Assembly: GCA_003599755.1 (NCBI GenBank)
Contig: QZJO01000009.1
Location: 86,140-150,139 of the forward strand
Length of the DNA stretch: 64,000 bases
Source: Candidatus Parcubacteria bacterium
GTDB lineage: Bacteria > Patescibacteriota > Minisyncoccia > Sungbacterales > SURF-37
Direction of reading: 5' to 3'
Shown: positions 1-10,167 of the stretch, piece by piece
Position numbering within the stretch: the stretch's first letter is position 1
Layout: every line of letters begins with the position of its first letter
The notes under the pieces: generated by a model
The model's database searches: none
Told to the model about the DNA's origin: nothing
What the model saw: the letters and a program-made list of their open reading frames with translations, nothing else
Made by a program: the position numbers and the translations under genes

Positions 1-564
1 TTCGATCACAAATTCTTTTCTTCCTAATGCATCATATAACGTACGGACGCTCCAGCCCTGAGGGTACATAATCTCAAACCCGTACTCCTCGTTGTGATAG
101 GTCTCCCAAGTAGAAATATCCTCTCGGCGCTGAATTGTCGGCACCAAGAGATCGAAAACCTTTAAAATTTCAGGGTCAGTACTTAACGACCAGATTTGGA
201 AACGTGAATCGCATCTGGTGTATTGAACAGTTCGCGCAGAACAATCACCCGTCTGATTGCCTCCGATTTCAATAAACTCGAAGTTTTCTATGTTCAGGTG
301 TGGGCTAATGATAAGACCTGCCTCAACAGGTTCCTCCCCACGAATCTGCATCCCCGCTGACTGATACATAGCTGGCTGAACAATCCAAGTGGGAGGATAC
401 TTGAAAGCCAATTTCCATTTCTCGGACTCGTAGGTTTTCCAAGTGAAAACATCCAGCGCTGCTCGTTCGGAATCCTGTACCTCAGGATGAACATTGAAAC
501 CACTGAGCAGATATACCGTGCTTGCCAAGATAACCAGCGCTGACACGAGCAATGTCTCGCTCAT
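1..564 (-). CDS. Secreted/membrane-anchored hypothetical protein; C-terminus beyond the window edge. Has an internal repeat (W-[KE]-T-Y-x-x-E-[KE]-[WY]-x-[LF]-x-[FI]-x-Y-P-x-x-W) and an N-terminal signal/TM (LLVSALVILASTVYLLSGF).
   Basis: Manual translation of the minus strand from the ATG at 564..562 found no stop codon down to position 1. The ORF track omits it because it runs off the edge. GC ~43% versus >60% for the rest of the window. Confidence 0.5.
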   Translation of the reverse strand, partial: MSETLLVSALVILASTVYLLSGFNVHPEVQDSERAALDVFTWKTYESEKWKLAFKYPPTWIVQPAMYQSAGMQIRGEEPVEAGLIISPHLNIENFEFIEIGGNQTGDCSARTVQYTRCDSRFQIWSLSTDPEILKVFDLLVPTIQRREDISTWETYHNEEYGFEIMYPQGWSVRTLYDALGRKEFVIE

Positions 565-614
565 GCCGTTGCTGCGGATCTTGCTCCCCCTTGATCCCGA
601 ACGGGCAGACATAG

Positions 615-800
615 CTAGGGCTCGAGGCCTCCGGAAAACGCCTCTCGTTCGGCGAGCGCATTGATCTCACGGATCGCTTCGGATGCTTTATAAAGAAGAA
701 ACACCGTGACCGAGATCGCGATCACCGCCAATACAAGCATATGGAGTGATGACCGGATATCGATCCGGATGAGGACGAGATTAGGATTTTGGGTACCCAT
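615..800 (-). CDS. Small hypothetical membrane protein (61 aa, one TM helix LHMLVLAVIAISVTVFLLY).
   Basis: ORF track; hydrophobic core; directly upstream of the low-GC edge gene on the same strand. Could be spurious. Confidence 0.25.
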   Translation of the reverse strand: MGTQNPNLVLIRIDIRSSLHMLVLAVIAISVTVFLLYKASEAIREINALAEREAFSGGLEP

Positions 801-1149
801 GAACCTATCCTAACACAGCCAAAAATCGAGATATCCTCAGGAGAGTCGCGGAAACCTAATTGCAGCACGATACGACAAACCCGCACTCTACGCAGAATTG
901 TTTCCGCCCGCTGGACCAATGCAAGCGCGCAGCACACGCCGGGCATGCGTTTAGACACGATTCGTCGTAGCAAATAGAATGCGGATGCCCCGGGTCCGGT
1001 CGGTCTTCATGCCGAACGGCGTATGCCGCCGCCTCGGTCATTGATGCTCGCTTTTGATCTTGCTGCCGAGCGTGCACAGCTGGTTAAGCGCGGACTTCGC
1101 TTCTTTGGCCACAGCACCGAGCTCTGCTCTGGTGCTGGACTGCGCTTCG

Positions 1150-2031
1150 CTATTCATGCTCACCCGTTATCTTTCCTCCCAAGGTACGGAGCTGGTGCAA
1201 CGCTTCTTTCGCCTCGCCCGGCTTAAACACCTTCGAATGCCACGGATACGAGAATTCCATGAAATCAACGCCCTTGCCCGGAATATTGTGCGCGATGATG
1301 AGAACGGGCTTTTCGTAGACCGCGTCGGCGGTATCGAATGCGTTTACGATCTCCGGAAAACTATGGCCGTTGATCTCAATCACGTGCCAATTGAACGCCT
1401 CGTATTTTTCGCGCAGCGGCTCGAGCGGCATGATGTCCTCGGTCATGCCATCGATCTGGATATTATTGCGATCCATGACCGCGGTGAGATTATCGAGCTT
1501 GAGCTTTCCGGCAAGCATTGCCGCTTCCCAGATATTGCCCGCATCCTGCTCGCCATCGGACATCAAACAATACACATTGATCCGCGGGCCGGATTCTTTT
1601 TTCTTTTTCGCCTCCATTTTCGCCGCGATCGCCATGCCGACCGCCTGCGAGAGTCCGGAGCCGAGCGGCCCGGAAGTCGTTTCAAGGCCCGGCAACGCGG
1701 TGCGATGCGGGTGGCCCTGCAGGCGCGTGCCGAATTTGCGAAGCGTCTTCAGTTCTTCGACCTGGAAATACCCGGAGCGCGCGAGCGCCGCGTAGAGCAC
1801 CGGGCAAATATGTCCGTTGGAAAGCACCACGCGATCGCGATCCGGCCAGTCGGGATTCTTCGGGTCGTGCCGGAGTACGTGAAAATAGAGCGCGGTAAAA
1901 ATGTCGGCCATGCCCAGCGGCCCGCCGACATGGCCCGATCCGGCGCCTACTACCATTTCGATCACATCCTGCCGGATGCGATTGGCCAGCGCTTCGAGCT
2001 CTTTGATTTTCGCGTCAGTGAGATGCGGCAT
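1150..2031 (-). CDS. tkt: Transketolase, N-terminal (TPP-binding) subunit of a split transketolase.
   Basis: 293 aa. Motifs GSGHVGGPLGMADIFTALYF and DRDRVVLSNGH match the TktA N-terminal domain. The ORF stops where the pyrimidine-binding and C-terminal domains would begin. Confidence 0.9.
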   Translation of the reverse strand: MPHLTDAKIKELEALANRIRQDVIEMVVGAGSGHVGGPLGMADIFTALYFHVLRHDPKNPDWPDRDRVVLSNGHICPVLYAALARSGYFQVEELKTLRKFGTRLQGHPHRTALPGLETTSGPLGSGLSQAVGMAIAAKMEAKKKKESGPRINVYCLMSDGEQDAGNIWEAAMLAGKLKLDNLTAVMDRNNIQIDGMTEDIMPLEPLREKYEAFNWHVIEINGHSFPEIVNAFDTADAVYEKPVLIIAHNIPGKGVDFMEFSYPWHSKVFKPGEAKEALHQLRTLGGKITGEHE

Positions 2032-2053
2032 CGCTCTCGCGATGATGGATTTC

Positions 2054-3649
2054 TTACAGTTTCAATATATTTTCGATCCAGCTGAAGAATCCGGAGAAAA
2101 ACGACGCCGTGGCGCGAGTCGCCGGCACGTTTGCCTCGGCAAGCGTTACGGATGATGCGCCGCCGGCAGGCAATCCCGGAACGCCGTAGCCATTCGCCCA
2201 GTCATCCGCATCAAGGCCGCTCGTTCCCGCGGAATTTCCCGACCATAGAAAATCATTTTCCGCGGAGGCATCAACGGATGATATCGGCCCGAGCGCAGTC
2301 CAGCCGGCATCGCCCTCCAACGCGACGCCGATGCGGTCGCCCGCGTCCGCTCCCGCCACGTTGGCGCGCAGCTCGAAATACCGCGTCGTGCCGGCCGGAA
2401 TCACGATCGCCTCCGCGTCGTCCAGGATGTTCGGATTGAAATATAATTCCACCTGCTGGCCGACCGGCCCATTCGATACCAGTGGTCCGAAATTCAACCG
2501 TCCGCCGCCTACGAACGCGGGATTGGAATACGAGCTATCGGCGTACGCGTATATTCGGGGCTCGGTGACCATAATATCGTCGGCAGTGCCTTCATCGCCG
2601 AAGATATCGAAGTCGAACGTGAACTTATAGAGTGAAATGCCGCCCTGCGGCCCCGCGGTAATCGAGAAACGATACAGATGCCGATCGCCATTCTGCAGCG
2701 TATTCGTGGGTACGGGCAGAACAGTAATAACCGGTACGGATTTGAAAATCCGCGCGCCGGGGGCATCGGTCGCCATACCCGCGGCGTGCGCGCGCCGAGA
2801 TGACGATTGCCCCACCGCATAATTGAGCGCCGGCGTGTTGTCCCAATTGACCGCTACCAAATTTCCCGCTTTGAATGCAGCCGACCCCGCCGCTGTAATA
2901 TCCCCCTTTATCGTAACGATTTTCGAGCCATTTTGGGGTATCGCAAGCCCGCTGATCCGAACCAGCATGGCGCGATCATCGGATGTCGGCACCACCTCGC
3001 CTACTTTGATCGCACCGTCCCATACATGCATCCGATCGAATGAGCGCGAACCGGTCACCCAAAACGCGAGCTGCTCAACCTGAAGAGGTTCGCTTCCCGC
3101 AGAAAGCGTCAGCGCGAGAAATTCGGCATTGGCAGTACCCGCGGCAAGCGCGCGATACGCCGGGCTGGATGGAGCGATGCTGACATTGAATTGCCCCGCC
3201 GCGGGCGGCGTCGGCGACGGGAGCGGCGGTACCGTTGGCGAAATAGCGCCATCGACGATAATGCGTACGACATCAGCATCAACGACCACGCGCGCATCGG
3301 GCTTCGCCGGCATGCCCCGGTATACGACTCCCGAAAAATTCACCATCGCCCCATTCCGGACGCTTGCGAATGCGGTAGGCTTCCCTTCCGTATTGATAAA
3401 CTCGGTCTCATCATTGACGCGGACTTCCCAATGCACGCTCGAAATCCCCCAACTCGAATGCGCTTTGAAAATAAAACCAGCGGGAAAAACCTCCGAGACG
3501 ATCGCGCCTCGCGCAAGCACCTTCTCATTCCGCTCGATATGCACTTCCTGCCGGATGCCGATGCCGCCAACCTGGGCATTTGCGATGCCGAGTGCCGTCA
3601 CCGTACCGAGAATCGCGATCGCCATCGCCCGAAGTGCATTCTTTCGCAT
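2054..3649 (-). CDS. Large secreted hypothetical protein (531 aa). Signal peptide MRKNALRAMAIAILGTVTALGIANAQ.
   Basis: ORF track; N-terminal signal peptide; Ala/Gly/Thr-rich, no recognised catalytic motif. Confidence 0.6.
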   Translation of the reverse strand: MRKNALRAMAIAILGTVTALGIANAQVGGIGIRQEVHIERNEKVLARGAIVSEVFPAGFIFKAHSSWGISSVHWEVRVNDETEFINTEGKPTAFASVRNGAMVNFSGVVYRGMPAKPDARVVVDADVVRIIVDGAISPTVPPLPSPTPPAAGQFNVSIAPSSPAYRALAAGTANAEFLALTLSAGSEPLQVEQLAFWVTGSRSFDRMHVWDGAIKVGEVVPTSDDRAMLVRISGLAIPQNGSKIVTIKGDITAAGSAAFKAGNLVAVNWDNTPALNYAVGQSSSRRAHAAGMATDAPGARIFKSVPVITVLPVPTNTLQNGDRHLYRFSITAGPQGGISLYKFTFDFDIFGDEGTADDIMVTEPRIYAYADSSYSNPAFVGGGRLNFGPLVSNGPVGQQVELYFNPNILDDAEAIVIPAGTTRYFELRANVAGADAGDRIGVALEGDAGWTALGPISSVDASAENDFLWSGNSAGTSGLDADDWANGYGVPGLPAGGASSVTLAEANVPATRATASFFSGFFSWIENILKL

Positions 3650-3727
3650 ACTATTCCTCGCTATTTGATAGGTTTTATATCTTCCAGAATAGCCGGAAAC
3701 ACCGACGGCCGATAGAACAGTTATCCC

Positions 3728-4387
3728 CTATGCGTGGGCTAGTTCTCTAATCGCCATCTTGGGACTCGGATGGCTGAAAATATAATTGCCGGCCACGAGC
3801 ATATTCGCACCGGCTCTGACGCACTCGCGGGCGATGGCCGGCGTGATACCGCCGTCCACTTCGATATTCGCTTTGGGAAACGCTTGGCGCAGATGTTTGA
3901 TTTTCGAAAGATTGTGCCGGTCGAATTCCTGCCCACCCTTGCCCGGCGGCACGGCGAGAATCTGCAACAGCGCGAGCCGGTCCGCGAACGGCTTGAGCGC
4001 AGTCCACGACGTTTGCGGCGCGACCGAAAACCCGAGCTCAATTCCGCTTTGCCGGCATTCTCGCGCGATAAGATCGAAATCATGCGTCACTTCGTAATGC
4101 ACGATTACCCGATGCACCGGTTTGATGAGCCAGGCCTCTATCCGCTCTTCGGGCCGGTCCTCCATGAGATGAATCTCGATATGGCATTTGGTCTGGAAAC
4201 CAACGAGATCCAAGGGTTGATGCCAGAGCGTATTGGGCGTGAACGTGCCATCAGCGACATCGAGATGCACCCAATCTACATATGGCTCCACGAGCCGGAT
4301 TTTTTTCACGGCCTCGTCCCAGGTTTCGGCATTGATGGCGGGGAGGATCTGAGCCATATCAACAATAGCCGTCTGCAAAATAATCAC
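3728..4387 (-). CDS. rpe: Ribulose-phosphate 3-epimerase.
   Basis: 219 aa. VHLDVADGTFTPN matches the RPE metal-binding signature; C-terminal GG.T...AG.N..VAG pattern present. Confidence 0.9.
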   Translation of the reverse strand: MIILQTAIVDMAQILPAINAETWDEAVKKIRLVEPYVDWVHLDVADGTFTPNTLWHQPLDLVGFQTKCHIEIHLMEDRPEERIEAWLIKPVHRVIVHYEVTHDFDLIARECRQSGIELGFSVAPQTSWTALKPFADRLALLQILAVPPGKGGQEFDRHNLSKIKHLRQAFPKANIEVDGGITPAIARECVRAGANMLVAGNYIFSHPSPKMAIRELAHA

Positions 4388-4523
4388 AAGCGATAATACC
4401 GAGGTAGATTAGAACCATCGCCATGATAATCGCGCCGATGAGATGTAATTTCGATCGCACCGCAAGATTGTTGAGCCATCTTCGAATGGCCGGATGGAAA
4501 AATTCTGAAAAGGGTTCTCGCAT
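4359..4523 (-). CDS. Possible small single-TM membrane protein (54 aa from an internal Met) between rpiB and rpe.
   Basis: Track ORF 4359..4616 overlaps rpiB. The internal Met at 4523 would start just after the rpiB stop. TM segment LIGAIIMAMVLIYLGIIA. No clear SD. Confidence 0.2.
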   Translation of the reverse strand: MREPFSEFFHPAIRRWLNNLAVRSKLHLIGAIIMAMVLIYLGIIACDYFADGYC

Positions 4524-4527
4524 AGAT

Positions 4528-4980
4528 TTAGCCGGAGCGCGTTTCGACTTCTCGAATTTTTTTAAGCCGCCGTTCGTGGCGTTCCGCGCCGCTGAAAGAC
4601 GATGCGAGCCATGCATCCGCGATCACTTCGGCATCGTGCTTGGAAAGCCAATCCGCGGGAAGAACGAGTACGTTCGCGTCGTCATGCTCACGAGATTGGC
4701 GCGCGACCGATTCATTCCAACAGAGTGCCGCCCGGATGCCCTTATGACGGTTCGCCACAATATCCATGCCGTGCCCCGAACCGCACAAGAATATGCCGAC
4801 GCGATCCTCTCCTATGAGTACCTCTTTGGCCCCCTCCGCGGCGAAATCTACGTAATCGTCCGTGGCCTCATAGGTTTCAGCGCCGACATCGATGAGATCG
4901 TGCCCGGCCGCCGCAAGATGGCCCTTCAATTCCTCTTTGAGTTTGAATCCGCGATGGTCCGCGGCAAGAATGATCTCCAT
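4528..4980 (-). CDS. rpiB: Ribose-5-phosphate isomerase B.
   Basis: 150 aa. MEIILAADHRGFKLKEEL...CGSGHGM matches the RpiB/LacAB family. Confidence 0.9.
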   Translation of the reverse strand: MEIILAADHRGFKLKEELKGHLAAAGHDLIDVGAETYEATDDYVDFAAEGAKEVLIGEDRVGIFLCGSGHGMDIVANRHKGIRAALCWNESVARQSREHDDANVLVLPADWLSKHDAEVIADAWLASSFSGAERHERRLKKIREVETRSG

Positions 4981-5019
4981 GCACTAATGACGCAATGACG
5001 AACGACTTAATGACCCGCC

Positions 5020-6144
5020 CTATCCTCCGATTTCATTATACGATACCGCGGCGCGCGAATTCATGCGGATGCTTTGCAAAATGCCCACGCCGGCCAGAAT
5101 CGTGACCAAGCTCGATCCGCCATAGGAAATGAACGGCAAGACGATCCCGGTGACCGGCAGCATGCCGAGGTTGATCGCCAGATGCACGAGCGTCTCGGCG
5201 AACAAGAACGATCCGAATCCAAGCACGAACAAGCGCGCGAAATTATCCTCGGCCTCCCGGCCGATGCGCACGAGACGCCAGAAAAACAGGCCGAAGAGGC
5301 CAAGCAGCAAGAGCGCGCCGATAAACCCCGTTTCCTCGGCGAACGCCGCGAAAATAAAATCGGTCTCGGCCTCGGGCAAAAAATTCAGATGCGACTGGGT
5401 TCCGTATCCGATCCCCTTGCCCATAAGCTCGCCCGAGCCGGCCGCGATCATGGCCTGGATCGTATTGTAGCCCGCGCCTTGGGGATCGACCCAAGGATCT
5501 AAAAAGGAAGTCACGCGAAGCTTCTGATACGGCTCCATGAACCAAAACCATGCCAAGAGCGCAACTACGATGCCGGTCGCGCCAAACAGGAGGACATGCT
5601 TCAACTGGATTCCGGAAAACGCGATGACCGCAAACCATACCGCCAACAATATCAGTGCCGAGCCCATGTCCGGCTGCAGGAGTACGAGCACGACTGCCGC
5701 GCCCACGTAGATGCCCGAGACGATCAGATGCCGCATCTGCCCGATCTCGATATGCCGCCGCGAAAAATATTTTGCGAGTAGGAGCACGATCACGAGCTTC
5801 GCAAGCTCGACCGGCTGAATGGAGGCGCCGCCGAACTGAAACCAGCCCCGAACCCCGCGGGTCTCGGGCGCGAACAAGAGCAGCCCGACGAGCAGTACCA
5901 GCGTTCCTAAATACAATACGGCTAAGAAGCCCCCGTGATTCCGGAATATGCGGTAGTCGAGCGACGCGCATACGGCAAACGCGGCAACGCCAACAAGTGC
6001 CCAGATGAGCTGGCGCCAAAACAAATTCGAGCCGGCCGGCGAATAGCTCCAGACCGCAAGCAGGCCTACGGCGACCAAGAGGCCGGTAATGCCAACCAGC
6101 GGCCAGTCGGCATAGCGGATCAACCGTTGCATTGCATGCGTCAT
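5020..6144 (-). CDS. SEDS-family peptidoglycan glycosyltransferase (FtsW/RodA/SpoVE).
   Basis: 374 aa, ~10 TM segments. Conserved C-terminal LPVTGIVLPFISYGGSSL motif of the FtsW/RodA family. Confidence 0.9.
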   Translation of the reverse strand: MTHAMQRLIRYADWPLVGITGLLVAVGLLAVWSYSPAGSNLFWRQLIWALVGVAAFAVCASLDYRIFRNHGGFLAVLYLGTLVLLVGLLLFAPETRGVRGWFQFGGASIQPVELAKLVIVLLLAKYFSRRHIEIGQMRHLIVSGIYVGAAVVLVLLQPDMGSALILLAVWFAVIAFSGIQLKHVLLFGATGIVVALLAWFWFMEPYQKLRVTSFLDPWVDPQGAGYNTIQAMIAAGSGELMGKGIGYGTQSHLNFLPEAETDFIFAAFAEETGFIGALLLLGLFGLFFWRLVRIGREAEDNFARLFVLGFGSFLFAETLVHLAINLGMLPVTGIVLPFISYGGSSLVTILAGVGILQSIRMNSRAAVSYNEIGG

Positions 6145-6148
6145 AAAA

Positions 6149-6916
6149 TCAGCGCGGTAATAGCGACGGTGAACGGGCCTCGATCAGCATCGCGCCGACC
6201 GATTGAGCAATAACGCTCGGCCATCGGAACGTGATGGACGCAGAATCGCCGGAGCGCAACTCTTCGAGTTCGCGCGCGTTGGCGGCGATGAGATTCCCCT
6301 GGGCGTCGAGGATCAGGACGTATACCGTCAAATCGCGCACCGCATCGAGCGATCGATTTTGCGCGATGGTCGTCACCTCGCTTTGCGGGAATCCGCGCAC
6401 GTCGGTAATGCCGTATGCGCGATTTCCCGCAACCACGTCCGGCCGCACGGCATCAACGACCATCCAATCGGCTTCGCCGATAACCAGATCAATCTGCCGG
6501 ACCGTATCATCCACCGGAATACCGAATTCCAAAAAATGCGCGGTTTCGCCGGGGTATAAATACGACTGGCCTTTGCGCGTGGCGAGCACCGCGCCCGCGG
6601 CATCAAAGAACCGGAATTCATAATTAACGCGTCGCGCTCCGACGCGGACATTCGGATTGCGGACTTCGGCCGCGGCATCCACGACGCCGGAGCGGCTCGG
6701 CACCGCGCGGGCCCAAAGCACCTCCACGGGTTTGCGGTTTTTCAGTTCACAGGGCGCGCATGATCCGCCGCAGTCCACTCCTTCTTCGTTCTGATTCCGC
6801 CGGCCGTCGGTGCAGGTCGCTTCCGAAATGCCCTGGAAAAATAAAAATCCGACGCCTGCCAGGATCACGGCCAGGATTGAAAACGCGATAAATTGCCGTT
6901 TTGTCCGATAATCCAT
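6149..6916 (-). CDS. Membrane-anchored hypothetical protein (single N-terminal TM, extracytoplasmic domain with a CGGSCAPC motif).
   Basis: Track ORF 6149..7000. The internal start MDYRTKRQF at 6916 is preceded by a strong SD (GAGGGGGATATGG), so it is preferred. Forms an operon-like pair with RodA. Confidence 0.5.
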   Translation of the reverse strand: MDYRTKRQFIAFSILAVILAGVGFLFFQGISEATCTDGRRNQNEEGVDCGGSCAPCELKNRKPVEVLWARAVPSRSGVVDAAAEVRNPNVRVGARRVNYEFRFFDAAGAVLATRKGQSYLYPGETAHFLEFGIPVDDTVRQIDLVIGEADWMVVDAVRPDVVAGNRAYGITDVRGFPQSEVTTIAQNRSLDAVRDLTVYVLILDAQGNLIAANARELEELRSGDSASITFRWPSVIAQSVGAMLIEARSPSLLPR

Positions 6917-6977
6917 ATCCCCCTCATCCGTATGCCTGGCTCCAGTATACCGGTTCTCGGCTCCGACCGGAACTTGC

Positions 6978-7011
6978 CGAAAACGAAAAATCCCCTCCAT
7001 CGAGGGGCTTC
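6978..7011 (-). terminator. Rho-independent terminator downstream of the 5S rRNA (end of the rRNA unit).
   Basis: Minus strand reads GCCCCTCGATGGAGGGG + ATTTTTCGTTTT. The perfect 6-bp GC stem CCCCTC/GAGGGG lies at 6993..7008, followed by a T-run. Confidence 0.7.
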
Positions 7012-7060
7012 GCGATTACCCAGCACCTCCCGCTTCTATTTAAAACACCGGAAATTTTGT

Positions 7061-7178
7061 ATGCTGGCCTACTCTACTTTCCCAGGGACGCAAGGTCCCA
7101 AGTATCATCGAGCCCCTGCGCTTTCACGGCTCTGTTCGGAATGGGAAGAGGTGGGACACGCAGGGATAAAAGACCAGC
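7061..7178 (-). rRNA. rrf: 5S ribosomal RNA.
   Basis: Reverse complement aligns to the bacterial 5S consensus (CCGAACAGAGCCGUGAAAGCGC...GGGAAAGUAGAGUAGGCCAGCAU) with terminal helix GCUGGUC/GGCCAGC. Confidence 0.85.
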
Positions 7179-7537
7179 AAACAAAATTTCCGGTGTTGGG
7201 GTTCGGAACCTACCCGCCTGTATTTTGCAAAGCAAAATTCTGGCGGGATCTGACAACATGCGCGGGCAAAACCAATTCGTGTCCCGCTTCGCGAGCCACC
7301 GCGGATGGTCGCGGATGAAACGCTGATCAGCGCAGATACGAGACCGTATCCGCGAAATCCGCGTAGGAATCCGCGTTAATCTGCGGCGTCTCACTATGTG
7401 AGACGCGTCGCCCCTTCGGGCGGGAGTACATCGGCCGATTAGTACCGCTCGGCTCAAGCGCTCACGCGCCATACACCTGCGGCCTATCAACGTGATCATC
7501 TCTCACGGGCCTGATAACGATACCTAATCTTGGGGTG

Positions 7538-7570
<33 letters not shown>

Positions 7571-7689
7571 CGTCCGAACATAGCTACCCAGCGATGCTCC
7601 TGGCGGAACAGCTGGTACACCAGAGGTTCGTTCATCCTGATCCTCTCGTACAAAGGACGACGCCCCGCAAGTATCAACGCCTGCAGTAG

Positions 7690-7983
7690 ATAGGAGACCA
7701 ACCTGTCTCACGCATCTACACGCGTATTCCTACGCGGATTGGACTATATCTTCATCCTTCCGCTCGCGCGGGATGGGATGGCTGACGTGTAGTCTCTACG
7801 GGCTCCGCAACAGTAAGCGGATTCCCTCGGTATTGTCCGGTCTGGATTCTACCGAAATCAGTCAGCTGGCCTCGCGATATTCCTACCGCGAGCCGCCGTG
7901 AATAATGTCTTAACCTCGGGCTCAAACCGTTCATGCGCCAATCATCCGTTTGATTGACATCGCGATGCGCGATTAGCGCATCA
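7690..7983 (-). mobile_element. ORF-less group I-type intron in 23S rRNA at the position equivalent to E. coli U2593 (peptidyl-transferase region).
   Basis: The conserved run GGGUU(U/C)A(G/A)A(A/C)CGU | CGUGAGACAG is interrupted by 294 nt. Exon 1 ends in U and the insert ends in G, as expected for group I splicing. Contains a hairpin CAAACCGTT...AACGGTTTG. Track ORFs inside it (e.g. 7752..7934) are non-coding. Confidence 0.6.
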
Positions 7984-8116
7984 ACGGTTTGAACCCAGCT
8001 CGCGTACCTTTTTAATGGGCGAACAGCCCAACGCTTGGGAGCTTCTCCACCCCCGCGCTAAGGTGAGCCGACATCGAGGTGCCGAACTGCGCCGTCGCTA
8101 TGGACGCTCGGGCGCA

Positions 8117-8156
<40 letters not shown>

Positions 8157-9551
8157 TTTGGCCTTGTTCTAGTAAGTAGCACATACCCACATCTCGACCC
8201 CGAAGGGTCGAAAAGTGAATACACACCATAGCCATCGGATCACTACGTTCTGCTTTCGCACCTGCTCGGAATGTCCTCCTCGCAGTCAAGCCGGCTTTTC
8301 CCGTTACAGGTCCAGCGCGATTTCCATCCGCGCTAAGCCGACCTTTAAACCCCTCCATTACGCTTTAGGAGGGTTCTGCCCCAGACAAACTGCCTGCCAA
8401 GCACTGTCTCGCCGGAGTTTTTTCTCCGACGGTTAGGACCTAAAGGTTTCCAGAGTGGTATTTCACTGACGGCTCCATCCCGGCCGAAACCGAAACTTCA
8501 ACGCCTCCCACCTATGCTACGCAAGAAACTTCTAGACCCAATACCAAGCTGCAGTAAAGCTCCCGGGGTCTTTTCGTCTAACTGCAGGTAACCGGCATCT
8601 TCACCGGTACTGTATTTTCACCGAGCTCCACGTGGAGACAGTCCTCCGATCGTTACGCCTTTCATGCGCTTCGGAACTTACCCGAAAAGGAATTGCGCTA
8701 CTTTAACACGGTTATAGTTACCGCGGACATTGACGAGGGCTTGGCACCTCATGCCGAACAACGTTGATATAATCTCGATCACTCGACAGAAATGATTAAC
8801 CTTCTCGCATTGGTCAGGCGTCACCCCCTATACATCCTCTTACGAGTTCGCAGGGAGCTGTGTTTTTGGTAAACAGTCGCCAGAGGTACTTTCGCTGCGG
8901 CCTCGATTCATCACCGAGGCAGGCCTTATCGCGAACTTACGGCCGCTTGTTTGCCTAGTTCCTTCACGTGGACTCACTCGTTCGCCTTGGTGCATTCACA
9001 CCAACCCACCAGTGTCGGTTTCCGGTACGGTTTCTTATTGGTTAACCCTAGAGGGTTTTCTGGGAAGCGTGCTCAGCGAGCTTATCCGAGAGTCGCCCCT
9101 CGGCGTTGCCCCGGCACTCGGGACCGAGCATTACCTCTGCCGGCGGATTTGCCTACCGGCGTCCCCTATGCCGCGGACGGAAATCCCTAATCCGCCTCGC
9201 GTACTACGCTCCGTCACCCCATCAGAACCAATCAGAAGTCACGGAATATTAACCGTGTGTCCATCGGCTGCGGCTTTCGCCATTGCCTTAGGCCCGACTA
9301 ACCCTTGGATGATTGCCATTGCCAAGGAAACCTTGGGTTTGCGGCGATTCCGACTTTCACGGAATTTGCGGTTACTTGTGCCAACATTCTCTCTTCCGTA
9401 CGCTCCAGAGCTCCTCACGGATGCTCCTTCATCGCAGAACGAAATGCTCCCCTACCACGCGCGTTCGACGAATCGAACGCGCATCCGTAGCTTCGGTACT
9501 ATGCTTAGCCCCGTTGAATCTTTGGCGCCGGATCTCTTGACGAGTGAGCTG

Positions 9552-9594
<43 letters not shown>

Positions 9595-10167
9595 CGCTGT
9601 CTCTGAAATCCGACCACCTTAACCACTGAGCATAGATTTAGGGACCTTAGCTGACGATCAACGGCTGTTTCCGTTGCGCACGACGGAGCTTAGCCCCCGC
9701 CTGCTGACTCCCGGAATAACGCCCCGCGCATTCGGAGTTTGATTGGTCGCCGCGGGTTTCCCCGCTAGCGACCATCCAGTAGCTCTACCTCGCGTGACGC
9801 GTGATCCGAGGCTAGTCCAAAAACTATTTCGGGGAGAACCAGCTATTTCCAGGTTCGATTAGCTTTTCACTCCGTACCACAGCTCATCCGAGAATTTTGC
9901 ACCATTCACCGGTTCGGACCTCCCCCCGATTTTCATCGGGGCTCATCCTGGCCATGGTAAGCTCACCTGGTTTCGGGTCTCATGAGTACTACTTATTGGA
10001 ATGTAGATTGTGGAGTGTCGTTTGTGGTTTCCCACATTCTATGTTCCACATTCTACAGTCCAATGACGCGCTATTCGCACTCGGTTTCCCTGTGACTCGG
10101 TGCCGTACGGCACTTAATCAGCAGTACTCAAGAACTCGTTGGCTCATTCTTCAATAGGCACGCCGTG

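Noticed and set aside
1054-2085. 343-aa plus-strand ORF (and 1370..1795, 1901..2155) overlapping the transketolase gene.
   Set aside because: Antisense to a gene with clear transketolase motifs. Long spurious ORFs are expected at >60% GC. No recognisable motifs.
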